This document shows positions 12,311 through 25,395 of a stretch of 64,000 nt of DNA, one piece after another. Made by a program: the position numbers and the translations under genes. The notes beneath the pieces were generated by a model. That model saw nothing but the letters and a program-made list of their open reading frames with translations, was not told where the DNA came from and did not search any database. This DNA is from Callorhinchus milii. Lineage: Eukaryota. Within the stretch, counting starts at the first letter, position 1. Every line of letters begins with the position of its first letter. The DNA is taken from the NCBI RefSeq assembly GCF_018977255.1, contig NW_024704742.1, forward strand, positions 111,850,001 to 111,914,000, in the 5' to 3' direction.

Positions 12311-15300
12311 ACAGGTCAGGAGAGATAATTTGCCATTTATTTAGTCTTTAAACAAATAAAGATAAACTCAGTGCCTTAGGCAAACAATAAGTACAATGTC
12401 GTGTGGCTGATAATTATCACAAACCTTGATTGTTTATTGTTTATTTTATCTGTTGTTTATTTATTGCATCAGTTATCTAATCACTATCTCCTTTATATAT
12501 GCTATAGTTTTTGTAGATAACCAGCTCCAGACCTCAGAAGAATTGTTGTATTAGCGAATTACTCAGTTTAATAAAAAAATTAGGAATTCATTTTGTGCTA
12601 ATTAGCCACTTAATCTACTCACCTAACTTCTTTGCTGCACCTTTTATTTTGGTGTTCTACTGGCCAGCTTCACAGAAGTGTGAAATTTGATTTGATCTCA
12701 CTAATCCTGTTTTGATGTCAAAAAGTGGGAGGGTTTAGCACTTAAAAAAGTGATAATATCAGTGATTCAATGGCATTTAATCAGTCAGTGTCAAACAATG
12801 CATTTGCAGCCAAATACTGTGTGCAGTCTGTGGTGTTCAGCTAAAACATGAATAATTGTAACATAAGATGCTTGTTTTAGATTAGTAGAACACCTTTTTT
12901 TTAAAAAGAAATGCCAGTTCGGGAAACACATTGAACTGAAATGTAGAGGAGAGGAATGAAAGGACATCTTTTTCAAAATATGTTTAAGGATGTTTGTTTT
13001 TTAAAAAAAACCTACCATTTATCTCTCCAAGAGGAAAGGATTTCCTTTACAGGAGATTTATCAAAATGTTGCTGAGAGGACAAAAAAAATCCTTTTGTCT
13101 TTGTGTCTTGTATTTGCTGAATGGATATATACAACAACATGTATGTAACAAGGAAGTTCCCCATCAATCTCCATTTACTATAATAGAATGTCAGTTGTTT
13201 GTTTTCATCCTAACCAGAGGTGAGTGTGAGGGAATGACCTCTTGCAGAACATGAACCATATTTGAACTGTAAAATTGCTGCTTCCTCTTGCATCTCAGTC
13301 ACTAAGTGAAATCTTAGTGGTTACTAGTGGAAACTAAATAAAACTTGAAACTAGAAAAGCTTGTTTTCTTCTAACCAAACCACTTAAATACATATAAACC
13401 CAGACTTCAGGCAGGCTTTGCAGTCATCCTTAATGGTAACGTTTGATATTTATCAACACGTACTGATGTGCTTGGAGTTGCATGTACAGTCTGCAAGTGT
13501 AGACACATTTTAGCAATCACATTTTACACATAGATGGCTCTGTAAATCCACTGTTGACATTTATCCAGCCCTCCAGGCAGGTGCTTTCTGTGATGCACTT
13601 GTGCAGCTGATGCTTTTTGTTATTACAAGGATCCTTGGATTCTTAGGATCAGTGGAGTAAGTGGCAATAATCCATATTACAGCATTTACAGCCATTCTAT
13701 CTTAAATCAGCTTGAAAGCTGCTGTGAATTAGGTGATCTTGCACAGCAGTGCTTCTTTACGAAACAAATGGTAACATTGACTTTGAACATTAGATAGTGT
13801 ATCTGCCTCACGTGAAGTATAATCAGAGATTGACCCTTTGGGAAATAGAATACACTTGCAGCATGTCCTCCACCAATTAACAGGAGAGTGTAACAAATGA
13901 GTTTCCTGGGGATAAGGCATCAGTAATAATTTTGAATGTGGAAAGTTTAGTGGGTCAAGTTGTGTCAAATGTATTCATTATAGCATTTAATCCATAATAC
14001 ACCAACTAAATAGGTCAATACATTTGTAACTTGCAAGACATTCTTTTGAACTCATAACACATATTCAAATGCACTTTTCACTGGATTCATAAGAGTTTCT
14101 ATTAAAAGCTTTTGCCAACAGCCTTTCATAAGAATTTTTTCAAAGAAAACTAAAAAATGTTTGCGGATTGTTTTAATTTGATTAAATGGTGATGTTTTGT
14201 AACATCTGCAGTGTTGCAAATATAATGTGTTCTACTTGTGAATGTGCTTGTGAACTTGGTGTGAATAAATTCTTTGAGCGCATTCGTTTTAAAAAAATCA
14301 TTAGTTTCCATGAACTAAATCCTTCATTTTTGTTAGGATTAGTTAACAGATTTTACAGACTGTCAGCTGAGTGAGAAGTATCTCAAAGTTAGATGCGGTG
14401 TAGCCCCACCATAGAGAGCTTCATTCTCTTCTCATTTGGCCTTGAAATCGCTGATGGAACGTTGCAGAAACTCATGTGTTACAAATGAGCAAAGAGAAGC
14501 ACATTGTGTCCTGCTGATGATTAGTTTCCATCAGAGTTGGAGAGATGTTGGGTGGTCTTCAGGGTTCAGGTACACACACCTACTTCATCTGTTCCTTGGG
14601 TGGATGGTATCAGTGTACTAAACATCTGGACGTGAAGCAAAACCTGACTTCCTGATTGGATTATTGTGAATGAGAAAATGAAGCACGAGATCTGATCTGA
14701 TTAAAGAATTAGTCCAGATTAATGCAAACTAGGAAGAGGCCTTCAACCGAATAAGATCATATTATTGAAGACCTTATTTTAAAACAAATTAAGTTGGATT
14801 TTCAAGGTTTCCTTGTATTCCTCTTATAGCTTACCTTTTATTTGAATAACCATTCATGTTTTAGTGGAAAGGGAGCAATGTGTGTCAGTAGTCATTTGGA
14901 TGTAGACGTATTTATGACAAACAAGTTTGTTTTATACTGTTAAGTTTTCAAAAAATGTTCATTATTTTTACAGTAGATGCATTATTACAAGAGAATCTCA
15001 ATGGCTAATTCATTGCAAAGGAATTAGTAAGACAGGATGTATTGCATACCGCAGTAGCTTGAATTGGGGATGTTCTATGCGCTAGTTGTCATAGGCTAGG
15101 GACAAGTCAAGCTCCTCCACTTGGGTCTGGTAGTTGTCATTCAAAGGAGAAGGTGGTGGAGGAAAGCCATTAGTAGGAAATGATTGTTTTTTTGAATATC
15201 ACTTGTCCAATGATTTTAAAATGTTATCAGAATCTAATTACTTTTTTCCTGGAAAGAGATTTACAGTTAAATACTATAAATTAAATTAGATTGGATTTTG

Positions 15301-17400
15301 AGCTGTTTTCCATCAGTTATCCTCCATTGATTTCAATTTTATTCCTATGCAAACCACAGGGGTAATTCATTCATAATGTCATAATAAATCTAGAGGTGTC
15401 AACAGAGTCTATCTGTGTTCCACAAATGCCAGTGTCTAATCTATCCAGCATCACACTGGAACATTCATTTGCTTTCCTTGTGTTATTTCTATGAACATTT
15501 AGTGAAAAGATTACACTGACCTCTTTCAATGATAAGAAGATGTAGTAAGTATTATAATTCATGCCTTGCAAGTTATAGTATATACCATATCAATCCATAT
15601 TATGATTTGTTAATGTAACAGTGAACAACCCTCCAGATGAGATGATAATTAACTACAATTGAACCCCATGCTATTTTTTAAAAATCTGTTTATAGTTGTA
15701 ATTCATACATTGTACATAGACTTATATAGATTGTACCACACCCAACTAGTCTGTATTTAACAGAGAGCAGACGAAAAGAGTAAGAACACTGCCATCCCAG
15801 AAGCAATGTCCAAAGAAGAAATCCTACTCACGATGTCATTATTACATTAGTGCATTTTAGCCAGCAAAACACTAAAGTGACAATTCTCCTTGTAAGGTTA
15901 TGATCTTATGTCGTTATTAAAATTGCACAGGTAGAAAAAAAAGTGTCTGAAGAAGCTGAATGTTTGAAATATTGATCTAGTTTAAAGAATTAATTCAAGT
16001 TGGCTATCATTGACTGTTGTAATTAATGCTTTAAATTGTTTTCAGGATAAAAATTAATTTGACTACTTTTGATCTTCCCAAAGTATACTTGCTCTAAATT
16101 TGTTACTTTCTTCTATTATGCAATACTTCAGTTGTATAAGCCAAAGAATGTATGTAGAAATAAGGATGTCGCTAGACTTGCTGTGCTATGCTGTGAGGCT
16201 TTTTCTGTTGCAAGATTTTACGGCTTGCAGCTTTCTTGTGTCGTAAGTTCAACATGGTGATTCACATCAACTTAATTTCTTTAAAACTAGCTTTATAATT
16301 TGAATAACATCTTTATTCATTGAAAACACCAAAAACAAGTTGTATTTCCTAATGCACCTTTACTGAGAAAAGTTTCACTAAATGCAGCATTAACTATTTG
16401 GGGTACGTGGAGAAGATCTCTGAGCTCATGGTGTCATGAATCCATGCACACCACATCCACAAATATCTAAAATATAAATGTGATGTCACTTCATATTCAG
16501 AAACAATAACAGTAAAATATTAAAACGTGATAAATAATTTGTAGATTTGCTCTGAGTTCTGTGGGCTAAAGCACTGACATTGGGTGTAGTGGTAAGACTG
16601 CTGCCCAATTGTATAATAAAATCATATAGATTTTTAATTTTTTTTAATATAAATCCTGTGCGTATGATGAATTCAGGCAGGGAAGGCGAGAAAATGTTTC
16701 CACTGTCACCTGGCTCTTTCCCAGCAGATGTGATAGTCTGCTCTACTGTCACTAACAGGGGTTATTTTCTGAAAAGAACGTGTCAGAACATGCCGCTGTG
16801 CTTGCTCTTAGAAGCTTTTAAAATGGTGACTGAGAGTTAAATATATGAGATGGCCTACTTTCAGTATCTCTCTATTGCAAAGCAATTGCTGGCACTTAGA
16901 GAGACAATATTACTTTTCTCTTCACCTCTTTCTCCCCCTCATACCTGTACGCTCTCCAACTGCTTCGCAGGCACCACCTGCTGGGGTAATGAATTCCCAG
17001 TGGCCACCCAACCAATTGTTGATGTCTGATTTCCCCAGCAGGAAGCACATTTCAAAGGGGGGCTGGGGGTGGAGAGGAGTGAGACTGACAAAGTTTCTGT
17101 TGTACCCATTCATGATCTGGTCTGCTCATTATCAAACAACGTGTCAATTAACAGCTCGCTGGCAGCTATGCTGAGGGAAGTGGACCTGGAACTTGAATTT
17201 GTGAAGGCTTAATGGGAGGGGGAGGGGGAGCTAAATTGAAGCGGCTAAATTAAAATGCTAAGCCCCTATAGGAGATGGTGCTGTCACTTTGCTTTAAATA
17301 GCCTGTGTTTCGGTGGTGAAATAAAATCTGCTCACAGTAGCATTTATCAACAGTAACTTCACTTTCCCCAAAATATACATGTTCTGCAAAACATCCGAGC

Positions 17401-17754
17401 TAATAATAATAATCCTTGCGTTTGATCAACGCGCCTTATCACATTTTCGAGACGTCTCAATGCGCTTCACAGAATATACTGTAAAGTAAATTGATTTTAT
17501 ATTTTTGTGGGCGAACAGGGCAGCCAGTTGGGCACAGCAGTGTCCCACACACAGTCATTTCATATTGAATGACCAAATTAATATATTTATTTAGTTATCA
17601 AGGGATTATTACCCTCATAAAGGGATCCTGCTTACTGCTAGGTAAACAGAGTGTGTGGAGTAAGGTAAGTTGCTTAACGTTTTGCCCTGCCTGGGAATCG
17701 AACCTAGGTCCTCTCTTGCGAGGCGAGTGCTCCAACCACTACACTACATGACTC
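17401..17754 (-). mobile_element. tRNA-derived SINE with L2-type tail, full length
   Basis: Reverse complement of the 35171 family: (TAA)n tail at 17401, tRNA-like head ending ACACTACATGACTC. Confidence 0.9.
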
Positions 17755-18617
17755 TTGTTAAAAGAAAAGAGAACAGTCTCGCTAACCATCCTATCTTAAT
17801 AATTAAAGAAAAAATCAGCACTCCACATTTACTCTACACATGATAGTAGTACATGAACACTGTAAAGTAACAATTATATATATATACTTCTTTATATAGT
17901 TTTATTCCCAGACGTCTGTCCAAAGTCACAAACAGAACAGTTTTACAATTCCGTGTTTTTTTCAATAAAAATATAAAAACCTTTTGTCTCTCTATATTCC
18001 GTGCCAAATAAAAAAAAAATTTCAATTTAATGTTTCAAAGTAACAAGAATAACATGGATAGTCTTTGCCAATGCATTGTGAACAAATTAGGAACATACAG
18101 CACAGGATTAAGAAGTTGGTGAAAATGACTGCAGAGGTGTACAAGATATGATCCACCTTATTGTAAAGCAGTGCAGAGAGCTGCATTTGACAGGGCATTC
18201 ATTGTTAGGTCAGAAGAAAAGTGTCATTGAATTCATGGGTAGATCTACCTTGCACAATACATTTCAGTGTCCCTAGTTTGTTGTATACCGTTCTATAAAA
18301 TACATTTGTTTTGCCGTTTTTACATTGGTGCTGGATGCTGTAGCATGAACAGTGCAAATTTAACTGACCACAGAGGAGCTCCCTTCAGGAACTCACCATA
18401 AAAGCATTCATGTGGCAAATCAAGTGAAACAGTATAATTTAAAGACTATAGGCTTAATTTTCTCATTGCTCATAAGTGCACTACCTTTTCTTCCAATGAG
18501 ATTCACCCAGAATTAACATTGAAGTCTTTCTACTTAGCCACCTTTCATGTTATAACAGACAAGAGTCAATTTGTGTCTTAAAATAGCATTTGGGAGCTTG
18601 ACGGAAGGAATTAATTC

Positions 18618-19030
18618 TAATAATCCTTTCGATGGAAGAACGTCCCAAAGTGCTTCACAGAATTTACTGTGAAGTGGAGTCTCTATGTATTTGTGTGTGA
18701 AAGTGGCAGCCAGTTTGCGCACAGCATTATCCCTCAACCAGCTGCAGTGAGTGAATGAGCATGGAATGACCAATTTTATTTGATTGATTGTTGGCCAGGA
18801 CACTAGGAGAAATTCCCTTCTTTTCTCGATCAGTGCCTTGGGATCTTTAACGTCCACCGAAATCTTTAAGGACCTCAGTTTAACGTCTCATCCGAAAGAC
18901 GGCACCACCAATATTGATGAAGCACTGCATTGGTGTGTCATCCGCTACATGAGTTTAAATCCCGACATGTTGCTTGAACCCCCAATCTTCTGACTCTGAG
19001 GCGAGAGTGCTACCACCGAACCAGGCTGAC
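18618..19030 (-). mobile_element. Deu-domain SINE (SacSINE1/AmnSINE1-like), near full length
   Basis: tRNA-like head at the 19030 end, central GGATCTTTAACGTCCACC...GTTTAACGTCTCATCCGAAAGACGGCACC block, then GGCAGCCAGTTTGCGCACAGCA and an L2-type tail. Confidence 0.75.
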
Positions 19031-19796
19031 CCACAGACTGACGTACAATTGAACTGATTGCCGCTACCATGTGTGAAGCGCACTATATAAATGCAAGTTG
19101 TTGTCACTTATTTCTGCGATGGACTTTTTGTCCTCTATTTGAATTTTTTGATTTGAATATTTTAATTTGGTGCTGCATGTTTTCACTACTTATGTGCAGT
19201 AACTTCCTCTACAGCACCATGAACATTGCCTCATTGGATACAAAGCGCTAGCAGAGCTGCAAGTGACAATGCCACCTGGTAATAATGTGCTCGATTTATT
19301 TTTGAAATCAGGCTCTAGATCATTGCTACTTCCTCACCTATTGCTGTGAGTCATATTCCCAGCACTCGGTCGTTCCAGGGCTACTCCCGACTTGCTGGAT
19401 GTGAGGGAATGTTATTCTGTAGCCTGTGAATCCCTTCATGGTGAGCTTCTAATTTCAATCGTTTCCCTCATGGGCAATCTTACCTAGCATTTTCTCACAT
19501 GTAGGAGTAAATAATCACAATAGATCCTATGGATTTAATAGAGCAGTTTCACTTGCTTTGTGAAACAGGGTTAAGGTTGCATTTTGCTACCATTGCTTTT
19601 CTTTTCTTATTCTGAAGCAGGGAAGTGGGAACAGCATCAGCACATTTGAAGGTATGGAGAGCCATAAATACCTACAGGGCTACAGTACATGTAGCACTGA
19701 ATTAAGTGTTAAACCGGATGATGGTGTCTTAAACTCTACATGAACGCAAATTACTCACTTTATCACTATAAGGATAAATAATATATCAGAATACTG

Positions 19797-19936
19797 AAAA
19801 AAAGAGAAGTCGCTGGGAACACTCAGCTGGTCAGGCAGCATCTATGGAGAAAGGACAGTCAGTTAACATTTCAGGTAGGTGACCATTCGGCAGAGTTTTA
19901 TTTCAGATTTCCAGTATTTGCAGTATTTTGCCTTTC
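19797..19936. mobile_element. Short Penelope-related repeat remnant
   Basis: GCTGGGAACACTCAGCTGGTCAGGCAGCATCTATGGAGA...GTTAACATTTCAGGT...GATTTCCAGTATTTGCAGTATTTTGC resembles an abundant shark repeat recalled from memory; includes a hammerhead-like core on the - strand. Confidence 0.5.
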
Positions 19937-20720
19937 ATTAGAGTACTAACTTCAGCTGTGCAATAGTTGTCGGTTATTGCCCAGTTCTCAGCCAACCTGA
20001 ATCGATATTGACAGATACCCAGAACACAATTGTTGAGTGTGATATAACTCTGTGTCTGGGGTTGGTTTTATCAGATGGATTGTATTTAATTTGTGCTCTT
20101 AATGATAGCAGAATCTGAGGTAATAAATAGAGAGAAACTGTTCTAAATGGAAATTATTTATTTGCCCGGATGAACCTTGCATATTGTTGCATTCGTAGTT
20201 ACGTCTCAATCCCTGTCAGGGTGTGAATTACTATTAATCCGCAACATTGTTTTTCCGCAAGCCAATACAATTATAACCATCATATTCGATAATCTTGTTG
20301 CTTCTTTCCTGTCCACAATGCTCACTTGTCGGAGATGCCATCACCCATTCCCCCACCAAACAGTCCTCTGAATCCTTCAGCTGTGTAGTCTTCAAAGAAA
20401 GTACCTCAGGTTTGATGAAAGATAGTCTGCTCCTTTTTGTTCTAATACTTTTGACAGCAAAGCGCTAAACACTGCTTCAGCTTTTGTGTTTGCATTGTGG
20501 AGATTCCAGCAAAACCTAACTTCATAAAACTGCTATAAAGGAGGCCAGAGCCCTGCTCTGTCTTTGTTGCTATAATAAAATATTAGTTTGCCTTTCTTCG
20601 CAGCTCATTTTTTAAGATTTGGCTAATGGTTTAGTACGTAAGTGCAGCTTATAGTGTGGTATTGAGCCTTATAGAGCAGGAAGTCCCAGATTTGAATTAT
20701 ATTCTACGATGAGTTAACAC

Positions 20721-22114
20721 ACAACAACAACAACAAAATAACATTTATAGAGCTCCTTTCACGTCGGGAGGATGTCCCAAAGCGCTGAACAGTCAGATTC
20801 GGGGCCCAAGCACGGGGGAGGGGTGATGTACGGGTGAGGGAAGGTAAAGAGGTGGGAGGGAGACCAAAGGCACAGTCGAAGAGAAGGGTCTTGAGACCGG
20901 CTTTGAAGAATGCAAGGGAGGAAGCGAAGTGAAGGGACCGTGGGATGGAGTTCTAGAGTGTGGGCGCAGAGAGGCTGAAAATCCGGCCACCGATGGTAGG
21001 TCGGGCGGGAGACATGGAGCAGGCCAGAGCCTGATAAACGGAGGGAGCGGGCAGGTTGGTAGGGAGTCAGCAGTTCAGAGAGGTAGGAGGGGGCAAGGCC
21101 ATAGATGGCCTTAAAGGTGAGGACGAGGATCTTGAACTCGATCCTCTGGGGGATGGGGAGCCAGTGGAGTCGGGCGAGGGTGGGAGTGATGGGGTCGCGG
21201 AGCCTGGTGCGTGAGAATACACGAGCTGCAGAGTTTTGGATGATCTGCAGCTTGTGAAGGGAAGAGTTGGGAAGGCCGATAAGGAGAGAGTTCCCGTAAT
21301 CAAGCCTTGATGTGACGAATGCGTGGGTGAGGGTTTCGGCAGCCTGAGGGGTGAGGCAGTGGCGGAGTCTGGCAATGTTGCGGAGGTGGTGGGAGGCAGT
21401 GCCGGTTGTGATGCGGGTGTGAGGGAGAAAGAACAGTTCAGGGTCAAACAAGACACCCAGGTTCCTGACTGGCTCAGTGAGGTTGAATGTGCAGCCATGG
21501 AAGCTGATGCTACCAGCGCCTGAGGTGCAGAGGCGCTGGCGCGAGCCAATCATAGTGGCCTTGGTCTTGCTGACGTTGAGGTGGAGAAAGTTGGCCCTCG
21601 TCCAGGACTTGATGTCGGACAGGCAGTCGGTCAGGATCTCAGTAGTCCTGGAGTTCAGGGTGGAGGCAGAGAGGTAGAGTTGGGTGTCATCTGCATACAT
21701 GTGGAAATTTACCCCATGTCTGCGGATGACGTCACCAAAGGGGAGCGTGTGGAGGGTGAAGAGGAGGGGACTGAAGAGAGAGCCCTGAGGAACACTGCAC
21801 GAAGTGGAGGCGGTGTGAAAGGTAGGACCTGAACCAGTCAAGGACAGAACCTTGAAGGTTGAGGTGGGAGGAGAGGCAGTGGAGGAGGATTGAGTGGTCC
21901 ACGGTGTTAAAGGCGGCGGAGAGGTCGAGGAGGAGGAGGAGGCAGAGGGAGCCCTGGTCACACATGGTCAGGATGTCGTTTGTGATCTTGACCAGAGCAG
22001 TTTCCGTGCTGTGGGCAGCACGGTAACCTGATTAGAGGAGTTCATGGAGGGAGTGGGGGTAAAGGAAAGAACGAAGCTGGGAGGCAATGGCTCTCTCAAG
22101 GACCTTGGATAGAA
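20721..22114 (-). mobile_element. L2-clade LINE, 5'-truncated, frameshifted ORF2 (reverse transcriptase C-terminal half) plus 3' UTR
   Basis: Frames give [59 protein letters not shown] and [15 protein letters not shown]; ends in a stem-loop and (GTT)n tail. Confidence 0.95.
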
Positions 22115-22171
22115 TGATAGCATAGCTAATCTCAGTGGGGATACCAATGGCACTACAACATTTGGCCTCAG

Positions 22172-22321
22172 ACAGAGGTGGATAGATTTTTTTTGGATCA
22201 GGGTATTAAGGGATACGGGGCAAGGGTGGGTAACTGGACATGAGGTATAGATCAGCCATGATCTTATAGAATGGGGGAACAGGCTCGAGGGGCTAAATAA
22301 CCTACTCCTGTTTCTATGTTT
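22172..22321 (+). mobile_element. CR1-type LINE 3' end
   Basis: GAGGTGGATAGATTTTT...AAGGGATACGGGG...GATCAGCCATGATCTTATAGAATGG...GGCTCGAGGGGCT...CCTACTCCTGTTTCTATGT; flanked by CTCAG on both sides; same family as 42189-42352. Confidence 0.85.
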
Positions 22322-25099
22322 CTCAGTGCCCCAGATTTTTGGAGGGGAAAATTGCAGCCAGTACTCTTGCTATGGTTTGTTACCCACTGATTCCTGTGGA
22401 ACATGTGTGCATAGGAATAATTGCATTCGATATAATCCTTATCATGTTGTCAAAATGACTGAAAGTTCTTCATGGGATTTTACTGTAAAGTGTAGCGACT
22501 GTAGATTTGTAAACAAATTTGTAGAGGATTGGGAGGACAGGATTGGACTTGACATTGCGTTCTCCCCACCCTACACAACATCTTTCCTTGCAATCTGCAT
22601 TTGGTTACTGCCCAGGTTCACACATGAATGATGGGCTCTTGGGTGTGGCATCGTGCCCCAGTATGAGTCAACAGCCTTGAGTGAGAAGGGGAAAAATTGG
22701 GGGTGGGGGAAGAAAGAAGCTAAAGAAACATGATTATTTGTTATTTTTTCATACAACACACAGCTCAAGTTTTGAAAAAAAACTACAAAGTACTTTTGAA
22801 ATGTTTCAGCTGACACCGACTATGGTGTCAAATAATTCCTGCATCTAGTCAGATGAAATAGAGCACCATTTATCATTTCTAGAATCTTCATGGCTGGAGC
22901 GCATTGCAGAGAATAGAGTGTTGATTTTGAAGAAATATACAGGGTTTTTTTGGTGGCAGATGGAAACAGAGGGTTTGTGCTGCTGATGATCCCCAAGGGA
23001 ATCCACCCCTTCCTGTAGCTCAGTGCAAAAAAGATAGCAAGCTCATAGCTCTTCCACTGTAACTGGGTCAGAGTCAAAATCATTATGTGGCCTGCTTTCC
23101 AAATTTTACCCTATTCTGATGAGGCAACAGAAGCAAGTAAGGACTGCAACCTGATTGTGTCATGGTACAACAATAAATTTAAACAAGAGAGACGTTTTTT
23201 TATATATATAAAAGTATAGTCTTAAATTCTGTTTTCTCATAAAATATTAATTAAAGCTAATTTGGAACATACTGTAGAAGGTTATCAGCCTGGAGCTCAA
23301 TCTTCCCATCTCTGAAAGGAAAAAGTGGCCACTTTAGAGGCAACAACATTCACGATTTTGCCACAGCATGTCCCTATAATTGTATTATTATCTGATCTTG
23401 TCCTGTGTAAGCAAATTAACAATTTCTTTTCCTCCTCCCCCCCAAGTTTGCCCTCTTGCCTCTTGAAGGAATTGACTCATTCTAGTGTAAGGTTCCATGT
23501 GTAGTAACAATCAAGAAGAATTGAGCTCATCTCTCTACTTGGATTTAAGCTGCGCTAAGCAAGGAGAATATCAGGGCCAATGTTTCTTTTTGTCACTAAG
23601 CAATTTACTGAACCATTCAGACTGTGAGCTGAAGAGCTACACCAAGAATAACCTCAGACTTCGGAAATCTGCCTTAAAACCAAAAGACACTTATCAGTAA
23701 TATTCAGAAGCCAGGTGTGTTGTGGCATATCTTTTAATTCTGGGCACATGTAAGTTATTAATTATGTTGTGATGTTATTGAAAACACTTTATCTGTCTGT
23801 GGCTGTTGACCTGAATAGATCTTTGGCTTCAGTTTTACAGGAGCTAGCCTTGAAAAAGTTTTGTCCTTGAATTGGTTGTCAGAAGAACAATAATGTGTAA
23901 TATCCAGCAGGAACTTGGGAGAGTACATGGTGTACTGTTGTACCAGCTAACAACCATATTAGGAACTATGCATCGATGATCTTTTGTTTAATAATTCTCA
24001 ACAACTGTGTGAAGAAAAATCATATAATAATTCAGTCTGACTCCATCCTGTCGACCTTTGAAACATTCAAACCTTTTTTTAAGGAAAGTTAAATTCAGAA
24101 TAAAAATCTAATCAAATTGATATGTTTCCACCCCTTCCCCACAATTTAGTAGCAAGAAGGCTGTTAAAAACACTGCAAGCTTAAGTATTTCCTGAAGTGG
24201 GTGCCAAGGCTGGGCTATAGAAAATGCAACTGCAGATGCTTATTTCCACATGTTAGATGCAGGCCATCAAGACCTTATTTAAAATGAAAAAAATGTCCGG
24301 AATTGTTGCTGGATACAATTTATATTCTATGGGCTATGCCAATGAGCATGTGGTGTACTTCCTGACAATATTCCAATATGATGGAAGAACAGTTCTGCTT
24401 TTAAATGAAGAAAATGGATATTGTAATAAGAAGTAAGAGAAATGCCTTACAAGGTTGTACAGAGCCATGGGTTCAGGGTGTGCAATACTCTGTGAGTGGG
24501 ATGTTCAAGTGGTTTATGAACAACGTCTAGTCCGTGAGATAGTTTTACATACTCGCACTAGCCAAACTGAGCTGTGCTTTTATTTATAATGCATGGTGGC
24601 AAGGTTATTTTTGTATTTGTGAGATGTTGCGGTGCTGGGAGTTGCTCTGTAAGTTCTGCATTGTATGCAAACATCTCTCACTAGAGGCTTGCAAAAAAGG
24701 TGGTGGCCATAAGTCTAGATAGGATGGGAATGAAGGTTTAGAACAGCACCTGTGATAAAAATCTTCGGGTGTATCACACCATGTGGCAGGAAATTCAAAC
24801 GATAAAGGAAAGTGTTTTGTAATAATGAATTATCATATTGCATACAAAAAAATTTATCATGGTCTACTTTGAATTCACAATTGGTTGTTATGTTTGGCAG
24901 ATTGGAGTCCTTCTCCCTCCTTCCCTTTGTAATCCTGCCCTCAGGTGCAGGAGTTACTCCAGCAACACTTCTGTCTCAGTGACAGACTCAACATTTTAGG
25001 AGAAATCCAATTTGCAATGAGAATGTCGATTTCTATTGAGTCTTTGCTTTGTTGCACCAGTGTTCTTTAAAACAGTCTGAGAGAAATAATGTATTAACT

Positions 25100-25395
25100 C
25101 AATGAGAACTGTAGTAAGGGCACTACTATATATCACAGTGCCCCAGGATATGGAGGAGACAATCAGACAGGGTTCCCAGTCCTGATCACTGTCCAGGGAT
25201 TCCTGATGGAAATGTAGGCAGGTGGGTGTTAAGTGAAGTGAGGATTGGGTTCACGTGCCACACTCCCTGTAGTTGAATGACCTACTGACTCTCATTGGTT
25301 AGGCTTACACATGAATAATGACCATTTGGGCAAGGTGTTGGAGGACAAGCTGTGTCCTTGGAACCATACCCCAGTGGGGAGAAAACACCTTCATT
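25100..25395 (+). mobile_element. AmnSINE2-like SINE, 5'-truncated
   Basis: CAGTGCCCC...AATCAGACAGGGTTCCCAGTCCTGATCACTGTCCAG...CACATGAATAATGACCATTTGGGCAAGG...GGAACCATACCCCAG. Confidence 0.65.

Larger units (their letters stand above)
20618..22710 (+). mobile_element. AmnSINE2-like SINE split by later insertions
   Basis: Head 20618-20718, continuation 22116-22171 (TAGCTAATCTCAG...CACTACAA...TTGGCCTCAG), 22322-22410 and 22520-22710; segment order matches other copies in the window. Confidence 0.6.

Noticed and set aside
20759..21961. 400-aa ORF as an active or domesticated reverse transcriptase
   Set aside because: 5'-truncated, frameshifted L2 ORF2 with no endonuclease region; the listed N- and C-termini are out-of-frame sequence.
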